DNA of 63,889 nucleotides, counting the filler, from Conidiobolus incongruus B7586 (taxonomy: Eukaryota), in NCBI GenBank assembly GCA_000697335.1. It is 3 parts of 3 records of this genome, joined end to end, with 100 filler letters (N's around TTAATTAATTAA, not from the genome) between each part and the next. Parts side by side here need not be neighbours in the genome. Positions count along the whole stretch, not along the records: positions 1 to 29,377 come from JNEM01006409.1; 2 more parts are not named here. One strand, 5' to 3'. The notes below the pieces were generated by a model that saw nothing but the letters and a program-made list of their open reading frames with translations, ran no database searches and was not told the origin of the DNA. Both the position numbers and the translations under genes were made by a program. Shown piece by piece: positions 11,673 through 24,843 of this stretch (position 1 is the stretch's first letter; every line of letters starts with the position of its first letter).

Positions 11673-13013
11673 TCAGTGATTAAAATGTAATAAATACCAA
11701 TGAGCTAACCACGTCAATATACATCCTAGGACAACAGATCCTAGCTCAATGAATAAAAAATTGGCATAGGGAAACAGTTCCTGTCTGATCAGAGATCTTT
11801 GACCTGGTACAAAACATCGCATACCCCATATCGTACTGATGAGTGATGAGATGGAAAATACGCACCCAATGTACATCAATCTTAAAGTGGGTTTTAAGGA
11901 CATGTAATTCATTTTTAAAGATTCATAACTCTTACAAGCTGTGATAGTGTTTTGAATGTGATTGAGTTGTTTGTCGATGAAGTGTAAATTGCCTAGGACT
12001 GTGAGGATATGGTCGGAGATGTCACCCAGGTACAGCTGGAGTTTTGGAGATAGTTGAAAGCGGCGGTTTAATGTGCGGATAAGGTCTTGTTTGCCTGAGA
12101 TCAGTTGAGATGTTTGAATTAAATTGAATTGAAGCTTTTCCAGCTTGGTCACAGCGTCCCCATTCAAAATTTCAAATTTGCGATTCGGGTAGAGCTTGTG
12201 AGATCTTTTAAGAAAGATTTGATCGTCGAGGACATCAATAGCATGCTCTAAAGAATTGGTAACATTGATGATTTCATCAATGGCTTCGTCCAAGATGGCA
12301 TAAGTGATCCAGTGTGGGGTGATTTCCAGATGTGGGGTTAGGCCAATGATGCGTTTGAGGGTCTTGAGTCTGCTAGGGGCTGAAGCGTTGGTTGACAGGG
12401 TCACTACTCCATTATGGGTAATTACCACGTGCAAATAACTCGAATAATTTTCTCCTATTTCCGTACGTGATTTGGCAGCTACTAACTTCCAATTAGCTGA
12501 TGGCATGGTTAGACCAAAGTAAAAGTAATGATCATATTGATGCCAGTGCTCCGTTAGAGGGTATGAATTAACAAGGTGTTGATATGTGATATTAGTCAGT
12601 TTCAATAGTTTGGTCAAGAACATTATCTCTTTCTCGCTCCTCCCCTGAATGTCCAACCAATAAGAGTGTCTATTGAACTCTGTGATCCAATGATCACTCG
12701 ATTTATTCAAAATCGATTCCAACTGATATGGATCTGATTCTGTTGAAAAATAAGTAATACGACTACTGTCATCCAATGACATTCTCTCTTGACTCAAAGT
12801 AGTACTAGCAGTCAATACCGACCCACTGTTGGAATGATTGGTAACCATTTTACTCAATTTTTTAAAATCGAACCAACTCAAGTTTTTACTCAAGAAACTA
12901 GACACTCCATTCGAATGAATAGTATTTGTTGTGAAATGAGATAGCTTAGGTTCAATTGTATGAATACTTTTAATATCTTCATCCTTGCACACTATAATGA
13001 GAGGTGATTTCAT
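11673..13013 (-). CDS. CorA/Alr1/Mnr2-family divalent cation transporter (atypical GMR motif)
   Basis: Intronless 446-aa ORF with YWLDI, WITYAILDEAID, LYLGDISDHILT, two C-terminal TM helices and IWGMRCFVPG at the position of the family GMN.VPG signature. Confidence 0.88.
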   Translation of the reverse strand: MKSPLIIVCKDEDIKSIHTIEPKLSHFTTNTIHSNGVSSFLSKNLSWFDFKKLSKMVTNHSNSGSVLTASTTLSQERMSLDDSSRITYFSTESDPYQLESILNKSSDHWITEFNRHSYWLDIQGRSEKEIMFLTKLLKLTNITYQHLVNSYPLTEHWHQYDHYFYFGLTMPSANWKLVAAKSRTEIGENYSSYLHVVITHNGVVTLSTNASAPSRLKTLKRIIGLTPHLEITPHWITYAILDEAIDEIINVTNSLEHAIDVLDDQIFLKRSHKLYPNRKFEILNGDAVTKLEKLQFNLIQTSQLISGKQDLIRTLNRRFQLSPKLQLYLGDISDHILTVLGNLHFIDKQLNHIQNTITACKSYESLKMNYMSLKPTLRLMYIGCVFSISSLISTIWGMRCFVPGQRSLIRQELFPYANFLFIELGSVVLGCILTWLAHWYLLHFNH

Positions 13014-13954
13014 TTTTCGTGATGCTTTTCGATATCGACATGTATTTATATCCTTAGGATTGAACTAATAGACTTCCTTTACAAGCATTAGTTCGTGGGG
13101 TAATTAGTCATTATAATCAACTATTTTAAAAAATAATCTACGAAATAAGGAAATCTTTAAGTGATTATAAATGTGTATTTGGTTGAATTAATAGCAAATT
13201 TTAGTTGGATTAAGATACTTGGCATTTCAATGTTCCAATTAGACTATTGTTTGAATTTTATACCAAGAATTAATTTAGAAACATTATAGGTTAGATTTTA
13301 TGATGAATGATCTAGTAAAATTATACCAACATTTCATTGATATAACTTTTTAAATTGGCATTACTTTAGAAACATCTCTACTATAGTTTAAATTTGTGGT
13401 TTCAAATTATATGCTGAATTATTTATTTTAGTGAACAAACTTCAAAAGAGTTTATAATAAATATTTATTTTGAAATATTACAAAAATTATCTAGTCCGAA
13501 TAATTAAATATTTCAAAATTTTACTAAATGTCATTATAAAATTGTAAGTATCAAATTTTATTAAATTCAATTGAAATCTTCAATTAATGTCTAATAAATC
13601 AGCGCATTTATTCTCATCCAAATCTAATTAAAAGTTTGAAACGAATTTTCACAACTTATATTTAAATTATATTTATAATTATCAATTACAGAATAAAAAT
13701 AAGGGTTTATTTGTAATAAATATTTTTGTTTGATGTTATTGATTTAATTTATTGGACAGCTATTTCATATTAATTAAATTTATAATCAAAAATAATTCAA
13801 TATAATGAAGAATTTTTCTATAACTAAACAAATTTATGATTAAATAATACTTAAAATGTACTCATATTTTGAAATTGATTTTATTTTTAAATATTATTCT
13901 TCAGATTGAATCTTAATTACTTTTGGTTAATAAATAAATAAATAAATAAATATT

Positions 13955-15247
13955 TTAAATTTTGCAAAGTTTCCATTTGACTAATTTCCATCGCAATATA
14001 ATAACAAATGAACAACCTATTAAACTCATAACACCAGTATAGAGAATTGTAGGTAAAAAATTTTGCACTTGATCTGACGGTGAGGCACTCTTTAAAATCG
14101 CTGTAGCAATTGGTGACCCCAGTAAGAAACTGATCGATAAACTGAAATAAAGGGGTCCATTCACTTGGGATTGATTTTCCACCCCAAAGATCTGAGCGGA
14201 TAAAATGGGGATAAATACGAAGAGACCACTCGAACTAGCTCCATAGATGAGTGTAAAAGCCACCAATGGACCGAAGGTCTGTGAAAATGGCCAAATTACA
14301 AAACAAGACAATGCCATCAGGATAAATGATGCGATAGTAACATTTACATTACCAGCAAAATCACCTATTTGACCGAGCAAAATACGACCAACTCCTGATC
14401 CCAAATTGAGCATTCCTACTAAGAGGGAAGATTGAGAGGATGAAATACCATAGTAGTTACAGTATAATGGAATAATAAAGTAAGGAACCCAATATGGAAA
14501 AGATATGAAGAAACCCATACAAAACAGTAGGATGAATTTAATATTTGAAATAAATTGAAAATTAATCCATTTTTTTGATTTAATTGGTGTGGCTTTCCTC
14601 TTAATTAATACAACGGCGATCATTGATAATATGAAACAGATTAGACTCAAAATTCGAAGCGCCCATCGAAATCCTAGTTGATCAATCAAATATTGAGTTA
14701 GGGGGCCAAATGCAAGACCTCCAAACCCTGCACCACTGACTGCTGTACCAATAGCTAAGCTGCGACGACGCCAGAACCACTGGGAAGGTGCAGAGATAGC
14801 TGGAAAGAAGATCAAACTACTACCAATACCTAATAACAATGACTGAGTGACAAACAGATGCCAAACTTCGGTAGCAAATGAAGCTAGCAACAAACCCAAA
14901 GCAAACACAGTACCGCCTAAAGTCAAACAGATCTTATAAGGAAGGAAATCAGGTAATCTAGCTCCAACCATCCCAAAAAAGAAGAAAATACAAGGTCCCG
15001 TACTCCCTACAAAACTCAGTACTGAAGGACTAGCTGATGGAAAAATGAATTGATACTCATTTAAAAACACACCATAGGCACCGTAAGTACCAAACAGTAC
15101 AAAAGACACCAAAAACATGGCGAAGACTACAACCCAACCATACAGAACTTCAACCTGATCAAAATTCGCATTGCTATCTACACTCTTTTCACTTTGTCTT
15201 AACTGTTGATTAAATTCCAGACTTAAGGATTGATTAATTACAGACAT
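13955..15247 (-). CDS. MFS monocarboxylate-porter (MCT/Mch-like) transporter
   Basis: 430 aa with about 12 hydrophobic segments. Motifs YGWVVV, SQWFWRRRSLAIG..VSGAGFGG, LGFRWALR, GRILLGQIGDFAG. Confidence 0.92.
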   Translation of the reverse strand: MSVINQSLSLEFNQQLRQSEKSVDSNANFDQVEVLYGWVVVFAMFLVSFVLFGTYGAYGVFLNEYQFIFPSASPSVLSFVGSTGPCIFFFFGMVGARLPDFLPYKICLTLGGTVFALGLLLASFATEVWHLFVTQSLLLGIGSSLIFFPAISAPSQWFWRRRSLAIGTAVSGAGFGGLAFGPLTQYLIDQLGFRWALRILSLICFILSMIAVVLIKRKATPIKSKKWINFQFISNIKFILLFCMGFFISFPYWVPYFIIPLYCNYYGISSSQSSLLVGMLNLGSGVGRILLGQIGDFAGNVNVTIASFILMALSCFVIWPFSQTFGPLVAFTLIYGASSSGLFVFIPILSAQIFGVENQSQVNGPLYFSLSISFLLGSPIATAILKSASPSDQVQNFLPTILYTGVMSLIGCSFVIILRWKLVKWKLCKI

Positions 15248-16880
15248 GAAGGAATTTAATCAACCTTTAAAACTTAATCTCATACAACTAAGATTTAAAA
15301 TGTCTCAAGATTTGAAGGCTTTAAATACTCAACAATTGGTAAGAATTGATCATCGGCAAAATTTGTAAAAGCCTTTCAATCTGCCATTAAATTCATTTTT
15401 AATATTAATGATAATTTTTTGATTAATATTTGATAAATATTTGATGAACGATAAAACACGTCAAAATAATTTCAATTTAGTAATAATTACTTTAATTAGA
15501 GCGTCATCAATGTAATCTTAAATTGATTTTGAGGTTGAAATTTGATAATCCTATGGTGGATAAAATGTAATCTCAAAAAAATTAAAATTTGTTCATTTGA
15601 GAGATTACTATATTATTTCGCAAGGTATATAACATTATCCTCTGGTGAATAAGAATAGCAGTATTCATCTCTTTTATTAATATCTTTAACTAAATCCGGA
15701 CCAAATTTTTATACAAGCGATCATTAATTCACTCCAAAAATACCAAGAATTCAAAGGAAGATTTACAATTCAATTCAGATAAGTAATAACTTTTAAGAGA
15801 ATTTAATGAGTGCACACTTACACTAAATTAATTCAATTATCACAAATTTTAGTTAAATGAAAATTATTGGTATGAAATCAAAATTGGGAATTTAGTTATT
15901 GTGAGAGATTTTTATATTTTAGAAGTTTGAGAAATATCAATAATTCGGTTTATATTATTAAAAATATTCATTTTTGAAATAATGCTATATTAATTAATCT
16001 TTAATATATGTACAATTCCAATCACTATCACCTGAATATAATTAATGAATATTCACTATCTATTTGCTATTATTCAAGTCATTCTAACTCTGAATTAGTA
16101 ATTAACTATGATGTAATGAATAATGCACATACATGGCTGAGATAATTAATCAAGTGAAAGTATCATATGAGTCATGGTGGTAATGGTCACTTGAATATAG
16201 TTATCAATATAAATCAGTACTAGTATACATCAATTATATAATTTAGCTTAAATATTCGTCAGTTTTATTATTATATAACTTTTTCGAATACAATTTAAAG
16301 AATTTGAATAACACTAATTATAAAAAAATTTGAACTCATTAATAATCAATAAAAAATCAAAATTATTACAATTAAATCTCCAGAATATTCTAAATTTTGA
16401 TTTTAATATAAGTTTAAATAATTTAACAGTGGGATAAATGATTAACCACCACAAGAATTCTACCGTGGTATCCAGTTCTCAAGATATTTTTATTTTTTAA
16501 GTAATAAATTTGGTAGTGGTCGGATGATGTTATAAAAAAGAAGTGAAATGTATCTCCGCTCTCAATATTTTTTTTAAAATTTGAAAAATATTTGAATTTT
16601 ATATTATCCCTCTTAACAAAAAAAATAAAGTCAAATATGGATTGCCTGAATTTGTTTAATTTTTCTAAATTTAATTTTTGGTTGAAGGAAATTAAAAATA
16701 CCTTGAGTAATTAACTAACTTGAAAAAAACAAGATGGCAGAAAGATTGTAATAATAACAAAAATCACTATAATATATTGATAAATCCAGGAACGAAAATA
16801 TATGGTTAATATTATAATATAATTTGGAAAGCTGTGAAAATTTGGAAAGTAAAAAATATATTTTGTTCGATTTTCGTACA

Positions 16881-17910
16881 TGACACGGCTATTAGCTCTT
16901 GGAGCGTCATTGAGGACACTGACACAGCCATTCTGTAGGCCAGATTGTGAAGCATGGTACCTATCAGATGTAGTAAACTACCGATGATCAGTTCTCTGGC
17001 TATCCGGTCCTGATCGCTTGTAAACGGGGCGTTGAAAAGAGCGACTAGACCAGCAACAACAATGGCGGTGTTAGGATCCGACATGCTAAAAAGATGGAGT
17101 CACAAAATATCAACAGGAACGAATGTAGAATGAATAATGGAAGATAACTCAAGTGGACTATAGGCAGCTGCTTGAGTATGCTAAAGGTAAGGTCTTGGAA
17201 GTAGGCATAAGGTTTATTTACGTAAAAAAGGAGAGAGGCAAAGAGGAGAGGTAAAGAAAGAGAGAGAAGAAAGAGGAGGAATCGAGTCCTTCTTATAATT
17301 AAGTGAAATATATGGGCATAAGTATGCAACGGCTGAGCAACAGTGAAGTTACTCGGACGTGGACTGGTAAAATATTGATAAGGCCTAATTTGGTTAATCA
17401 GGTACTTGGTAGTGAATTGGAGTGAGAAAAGGTGTCAATCGGGTAGCAATTGTCACATTGCCCCTTCCGAGACCTTTTATCACTCTTTCACGGGTTTGTG
17501 TTTAGAGTAGTGGACATTGGTGACAGTACAGTTTGTTTCCCTGTTGATGATATTGTCACAATTGTCTGGTGTTTGGCGCACGGCTTCACAAGGATCACTC
17601 CAAGGAGAACTCATCTTGTTGGTTCCTTCAAATGGGGAATGGTACCAGAAAACTTTATCACCAGGTTTGTATTGTGTATACCCAGCAGTGCCAGATGGAT
17701 AACAGTTTCTCTTAATTTGAAACTGGTAGACGTTGGCTTGTTATTGTGTGCGACATCTACAATAAGTCTTGTTCTTAACATATTTCAGTTTATTTTTAGT
17801 CTACCTACCAATGTACAGTACAGTTCTAGTTGTACGGGTTATGAATTGGTGACAACTTCCAGTAAATCATTATTCCAGTGGTAATGTCACTGTGAACTGT
17901 GACAGTACAG
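16881..17910 (-). mobile_element. Ty3/Gypsy LTR-retrotransposon 3' remnant (integrase C-terminus, PPT, 3' LTR)
   Basis: A minus frame at about 17760-17480 reads YKPGDKVFWYHSPFEGTNKMSSPWSDPCEAV...NVHYSKHKP (GPY/F-like integrase tail). It is followed by the purine tract GGAAGGGGCAA (17468-17458) and an LTR TGTGACA (17457) ...GTGTCA (16881) containing TATAAG, a CT-rich tract and AATAAA. Confidence 0.75.
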
Positions 17911-17914
17911 TTAA

Positions 17915-17998
17915 CCAGCTATAGTTCAGTTGGTAGATCGGGAGATTGTGGTTTAAGCTGTAATATCTATTTCACTGGTTCAATTCTGATTGGTCGAA
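17915..17998 (+). pseudogene. tRNA-Tyr pseudogene (intron-containing, anticodon decayed to GTG)
   Basis: Colinear with the intact tRNA-Tyr at 34916, including the intron (tttaagctgta vs ttctagctgta), but with mismatches in the acceptor, D, anticodon and T stems and no adjacent T-run terminator. Confidence 0.85.
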
Positions 17999-20900
17999 TC
18001 AAACTAATCAAAGTATAACATTATAATGATTTGTATCATTTATTTATTTTACTTAATATCAATTAAACATCTATTTTCTCTTTAAATATTCATTAATTTC
18101 TCATATTCATATTTATATTATTGAATATTTTACAAATTTATGTCATTGAACTATATATTTAATATTTACAAAAATATATAATACTCAGATATATATATCA
18201 AAATCTATTAATGATCTAATATATTTTTGAAATATTGTTTTTTTCAATTGTAACAGAATGTTTTTACTTTCAACCTGTAGGAAGAAGAGGTTGGTATTAA
18301 TTAACTTATTTACGAAGTATGAGGAATTATACTAACAATAATAAAATTTATATCCAGGTGCTAGCAGCTATATAAAAACTAATACCAAGTTATTTGGGCT
18401 AAATGAAGGATATTAATCTTATAACTACTCAAAATATAACATTAAAGGTCTAAGAATTCAATTAATGGAAGTATTAAACCAAAAATACAACAATTATAAA
18501 GTATGAATGAAATCAAATAGAATTAGGTAAATTGGAATCTAACATGTTTTAATGGCCATTTACATTTTAAATAAGAAATATTTTTAAAAAATTATTGTAT
18601 ATTGTATTTACTAAACTCATAATAAATAATGGTTTATATTCTAATTGCAGTATAAATATATTATATTTAATTATGATTATAGAAAAATATTAATAATACA
18701 TAATATATCCAAGCAAATTTAACATTTTAGCACAAACAATTTTGATTTGAAAAATTATATATTTGATATTAAAATTGGTAGTAGTTCTTTTTCTTTTAAT
18801 TTTATTTTAAATATTAATTTATAATTTTCACTATGTATTTTTTGATTAATTAATCAATTTTTAAAATTTTAAGTAGAGATTTATTTCTGAATTTGATTAT
18901 AATTATAAAATAATATCATAAACTAAAATTTATTATAATATATTCAATAATAATTCAAGTCAGATATTTGAAGAGTTGGTGGAAATATTCAAAGTTTTCA
19001 AAACTAGATTTATAAATTACGATCGAGTATAATTACATAAATGACTATTGATTTCGTATTATTTTGATATTAATATAAATAATAATAAATATAGAATAAA
19101 TACAGAATCTTTAATAACCTTAATAAAAAATAATATAATTGGAAATTATTATCATTATAAAAAAATTTTGGATAAAATAAAAAATATATATCCAAATATC
19201 ATGTTATACAGTATATTTTATATCAGCTACTCACTAAAGTTCATAATCATTAACCAATGGCATATCACTTTTGATATATATTACGGAAAAATTATTTAAT
19301 AATTTCAAATGCAGAATATACATTATCAAAAAATTATTCTATTGAAATTATCTTAAATTAATGACTATCAGTAAAATATAGATAAAATAAAAAATAGATT
19401 AATATATGTAGTATATATTAATAAAATATATTATAAATCTTTTCTAATTTTATTCTTAATTAAAAATTCATATGACAAATGTAAAAGTACTATAAAAATT
19501 GGTACTTTATATAAAGATTAAATAAGAGAAAAAATATAGTAATACAAATTCATAATATTAAATTATATTTTCAATTAAATATAAAAAGCTAATTTAATAA
19601 GGAAATTATAAATCTCAATATATAATTGATTAAAAAAATAAAAGCAGCGTTTAAAATATATCAAAATTAACACTATAAATATAAAATTCAAAATCATTTA
19701 AAAAAGTATTATAATTAAATAAAAATTAGGAAAAATCATATCACTAATTATTACCTTCAAAAATAAAATTTATTTTAGGTTTAAAAAACAAATTATAATC
19801 AATAGTTTTCAAAGAATTCAATTAATGAATCAGAAATTTTATATAATTATAACTATATATATAATTATCAAACCCTTTTTATAAAAAAACTAGTCTTTTT
19901 TATCCTATCCTGTATTCCTAACAAATATCAATTCCTGCGAATATGATTTTTTTTATAAATTAAAGATTTGATCAAAGTAATGAGATTTGATGACATTCTA
20001 ACTTTTCATTTTAAAATTTAAGGTTTGATTATAAAGTTGTATCATAAAAAATTATCTGAATGAATTTATGATTATCATTAGAATAAAATCGTATAATTAA
20101 AAAATGACTAGGATATTAATTATTTATGCTATATCACTATTTCTGTAACTTTTTTATTTTATTAAAATATATATTTAGATATTACCGTTTTACTTTTTAA
20201 ACAGTTAAATAGTATTATCAATATGTTTGAGTAGTGATTGTGTTAAGATCTTGAAATTTAATCAACAAACGATTTATATTTAGAAGAGAAGAAATGTAAA
20301 AATGATAGGAATTCAGGACATGATTGAATTTTTAAGGCTTCGAGGGTTAGAGTGAGTATGGTTAGAACATTAGCATAGTAAAAGTTTAAAGTTGATTGTA
20401 AACTTTATCAGAGTTATCAAATAAAATAAATAAATATAAAATCAGGTTCAATTACTGATTGGACTAAATGTATTAAATGCTAAGTTACAAATAATCAAAA
20501 ATCATAATCAAAGGAATATTATTACAGCTTAAATAGACCTACACTTAGGAATTAGTAATGTAAAGAAACGATAGTAACTAACCAAGAAAGAGGAAATGTC
20601 TAATTATTTAAAAAATGTAGCTATTTAATGCAAATATAGATTGGGATTTCAAAATATCAAAATACTATTTTTCAATTTGTCATTCGTTGATTTAAAATCC
20701 ATTACTCACATAATTATTTATCTTTTATGATAGATAATGAGAATATAGCTATTATTGGTATTGAACTTGTGAGTAATATGTGATAGTATTATTGATTATT
20801 AATCTAAAATTAAATATTAAAAATTCAATTAGATAAAAATATAGATATCATTAAAATTGAAAAAAGAATAGGAATTGGTTATATTAGTTTGATTCTAAGT

Positions 20901-21704
20901 AAGGTATTGCTTTTTTATGCCCTAAAGTTATAATTTAAGGCTGATTTTTCTTACAATATAGTATATATTTTTATTGAATGATATTTATAGTTGCTTTGTA
21001 ATTCTGAATTATAATATATTTGATTAAATTCAATATAGAATGAGAATATGTTGCAATCACATATAATACTATCACTTCATTGTTATTTAAATGAGCCGAA
21101 TATAACAATAAATATAATAATAATTATTATAAAAAAATTAATTGAAAATAACTTTTATAAAGTTTTAGATATTCAATATTGAACTGTGACTCATAAAATT
21201 ATAATAGTATTGTAAAGTATTAAATGAATATTATATCATCCAGATATAATTTTTCACTATACTATAAGGAGTACCAAAAATTTCAAAATGAATTGATTTC
21301 ATATTTATTATTATCTTTACTATTATCTTAATATTTAAATAATATTGGTGATATTCATAGGATATTAGTAATTAGCTTATCTTCATTCAACCTCCAGAAT
21401 AAATTCAATTTACCCAATTAAGTTATGTTGTAACTTAATGTATCTATTAAACATCTCTCTTTAGATAATATTTGTGGCTGTTATGATAATATAATAATTA
21501 AATTTTAGATTGATTTTCTTCTTATATGGATATAATTACTAAATGTATTTAATATTTTACGATATTTTTCAAGTATAGATCCGGATTTTGATACATTGGA
21601 GCTACAGTATATCCTTTAATAATTTGATACTAAATTATATCAATTCAATGTAATCCTCTTCGTTATAGCATCATTACCCAGCATTGAGATACTTAATGTC
21701 CAAG

Positions 21705-22930
21705 ATGAGTAATATTCAAATGGAGCAAGAAATCGAATCTTTTCCAAATAATAAGGAACTATCAACCAATATTGAAACCATTGACCCAAGGAAGAGCATC
21801 CATGCGGTTCGACAGTTGCACTCGGTACATTTCTATTAACTTTTGTCCTCTTCGGAATTTTTGGAACTTACTGAGCACTTTCAAACCAATATAAAAACTT
21901 ATTTCAATTTATCTCAGCTTCTGCACTATCATTTGTTGATAGCATAGGTTCTGCGATTTTTTCTTCCTCTGAACCTACCTACAAGGTTGCCAGATATTAT
22001 TCATTATAAAATCTGTTTGGCAATGGGACATTTGATGTTTTCTCTGATACAATTGTTGGTTGCTTTTGGAAACATATATTTGATATCTTTTTGTTAACAG
22101 ATCTCTATTATTTAGCCAGGACAGTAAGTTGATATCCTTTCCTTCTATTTCAGCACTATCCCAATTGTTTACCAAACGCCGTGGTCTTGTTATTGGTTTG
22201 AGTGTGAGTGTGAGTGAGGCTAATTTCTGAAGTCTTGCATTTGGTCCTATTATAACAATACTCATTTATCAATTACAATTCCGATGGATTTTGAGAGTAT
22301 TGAGTCTGATATGTCTCATATTATTAACGACTACTGCAATAATCATCAATCCCAAGTTCAACCCAAACTCTTAATCAATTCAAAGTTGATAAATAAAATT
22401 TTTATTTCTGTTTTTCATTGGCTCAATATAATTTGCCTATTGGATTCCATCATTATTAACCTTTTATATTGCAATTATCACCATATTCCCTCTTGGTCGC
22501 TTTTATTAACTTTGAATTTGCTATTAGTCGTATCCTACCGGATAGAATTGCTAAGTATGTTTGTAATATCAATGTGCCAATGAATATATTCTTATTAATC
22601 AAAATTTTTTGCTTTTTCATTTGTTCCTTTTCTTCGACTTTCCCATATTTATCACAACTCAATTTTATTTATGATGCTAGTCCAATTGACTTTATTCTTA
22701 CCAATTCAATCAGCTTAAATCGTTGGTGAAAAAATCAATCACATTTGAATGGTACCATTTATTCAAGTTTACCAATCATTTTCTTACTGGGATCACTAAT
22801 TGCAACTAAAATCCTTAGTGCAACTTTACTCTTGGATCGAATTCAAACCTTTTACCCTCCAACATCTATACCAAATTATTGAGTCTGATTTGATCCATAT
22901 TCGCTGTATAAAGAATCTAATCAGTTAATC
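21705..22930 (+). pseudogene. MCT-type MFS transporter pseudogene (heavily degraded)
   Basis: Frameshifted and stop-containing homology to 13955..15247, e.g. VALGTFLLTFVLFGIFGTY*..SASALSFVDSIG, FPSISALSQLFTKRRGLVIG, ISRILPDRIAK, NQSHLNG. Confidence 0.85.
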
Positions 22931-24843
22931 AAAATTTTATCTTAAAATATTAAATAAAATACTTTAGTTTTAAATTAAATTTATATAATTATGATTATAT
23001 AGTTGATTAATATCTGAAAACATTCCTTATAATCGATATTCCATCTACATTAAACTACATGCTGAGCATATATAATAATTCTTTATATTTTATTATATAT
23101 TAATAATCCAAAAAATTTGAATTAGAATATTCAATATTCAATATAAAAATATTAAATATTGCTTGATTATAATATAAGCACATTATTCATATACCTAAAT
23201 ATTGATAAATAGTCTATTTATATATTTTTTTGCCATAAGTGGAAAAAAATGTTTCATATTAAATGAATATATTAACTGATTTCATCAGTTCAATTTATAT
23301 AATATATATTTGAAAAGAAGCATAATGTTGAAAGCTTAAAAGTGATAGGTAGAAGTTGACAATAGATGGAGAATTCTATAAAATGAATAAATCATACAAC
23401 AAGAGTAAATTTCAGGCTAGTTGAAAAATTTTCGATAATACTATTATTGCCAAATATTTAAATTTAGGTATTATTTGTCATTCGAAAATATGATATGTGA
23501 TATGATTATAATAATAACAAATTTTATTAAATGCATAACTAATATTGCCAAACCATTTTCCATAAAAACTATCTATATTATCTCTATAATATTTTTCTCT
23601 AAATTCATAATGAAAATCAAAATTTATATTATAATTATAATATATTTAATTTCAAAATTTCACAATAAAATTCAGTTGAATAGAGGAAAATTCAAATGAA
23701 AATATTTATTAAATTCACTAAATGTAACAAAAAAATAATGAAAGTAAAAGATATAATTTCATTATAATATTAATATTTTAATATTAAGTATTATACTCCA
23801 TTTGGGTAGAATATTCTCAAGGAATACATATATTGATATTGATAATATTAGATGTATACTTTTTCTCTTAAAAAATTTTATGAACAAAATATATATCACT
23901 TGGAAGAATAAAAATAACTTAAATTTATTAAATATTTTGAATTTAATTTTAATACACTATTTGATAATTTGATTAATATAATTTCAAATGATCTCAGTTA
24001 ATGAATTACAAATATTAATTTTGAAATCAAATTTCAATATTCTATAAATAGATTTATTCAAGAAATATATTATTTTATATGCTGTTAGAGAATGAATTTT
24101 TGAAATTTTGATTTTGATTTCTAAAGAGTATCTAAATAAACTCTATAGTCTTACAATTAACTTGATTATACATTTTCAATTTTATTTAAATTCGATATAA
24201 AAAAACTATATTAAATTTGAATTGTAATAATTGATTCAAAAATATAAATATAGTCAAGGTTGGATGTCGATGTGTTAAAAATTATTTATATATATTGAAA
24301 AAAAATAGTAACACATTTGATTTATTAATGTTAATACAATCATCAAAATGTACATGATAATAAAATATATTATATTATAAAAAATTTCATTTAATCAAAT
24401 AACCAAATTGTTAACATTAGTTTTCATCATAGCATTTTAAATTTAAAAAACATACTAAAAATATAAAATTATAATAAAATTTATATGAATAATTTCAATA
24501 CCCCAAGTATAGGACAATTGATAAAATGGGGATTCTCAAGCTACTAAAAAATATTTTTCTATTTAAATATATGTGTACTGAAATCAATTTTTTGTTTTTA
24601 ATTGATTAAAAATTAACAATGAGTGGTATGAAAACACCTTTGAATTGCAAATTTGATTATTATCTATATGTTATATATTAGAGTTTATAACATTATGATT
24701 ATCAATGTTAATGGATTCATTATTATATGATTTGATCAAAATTTAGCTATAAATATAAAGTATATTTCAATTCATAATTATAAAGATAAAAATTTAATTT
24801 AATTTGAATATAGTGCGAATAATTTATTATGTAGGTTTATATT

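Noticed and set aside
16812..17884. ORFs 16812..17084, 17045..17329, 17450..17884 and 17517..17702
   Set aside because: They lie in the LTR or antisense to the integrase remnant; no recognisable protein.
21975..22729. Four short ORFs
   Set aside because: Fragments or antisense frames of the MFS pseudogene.
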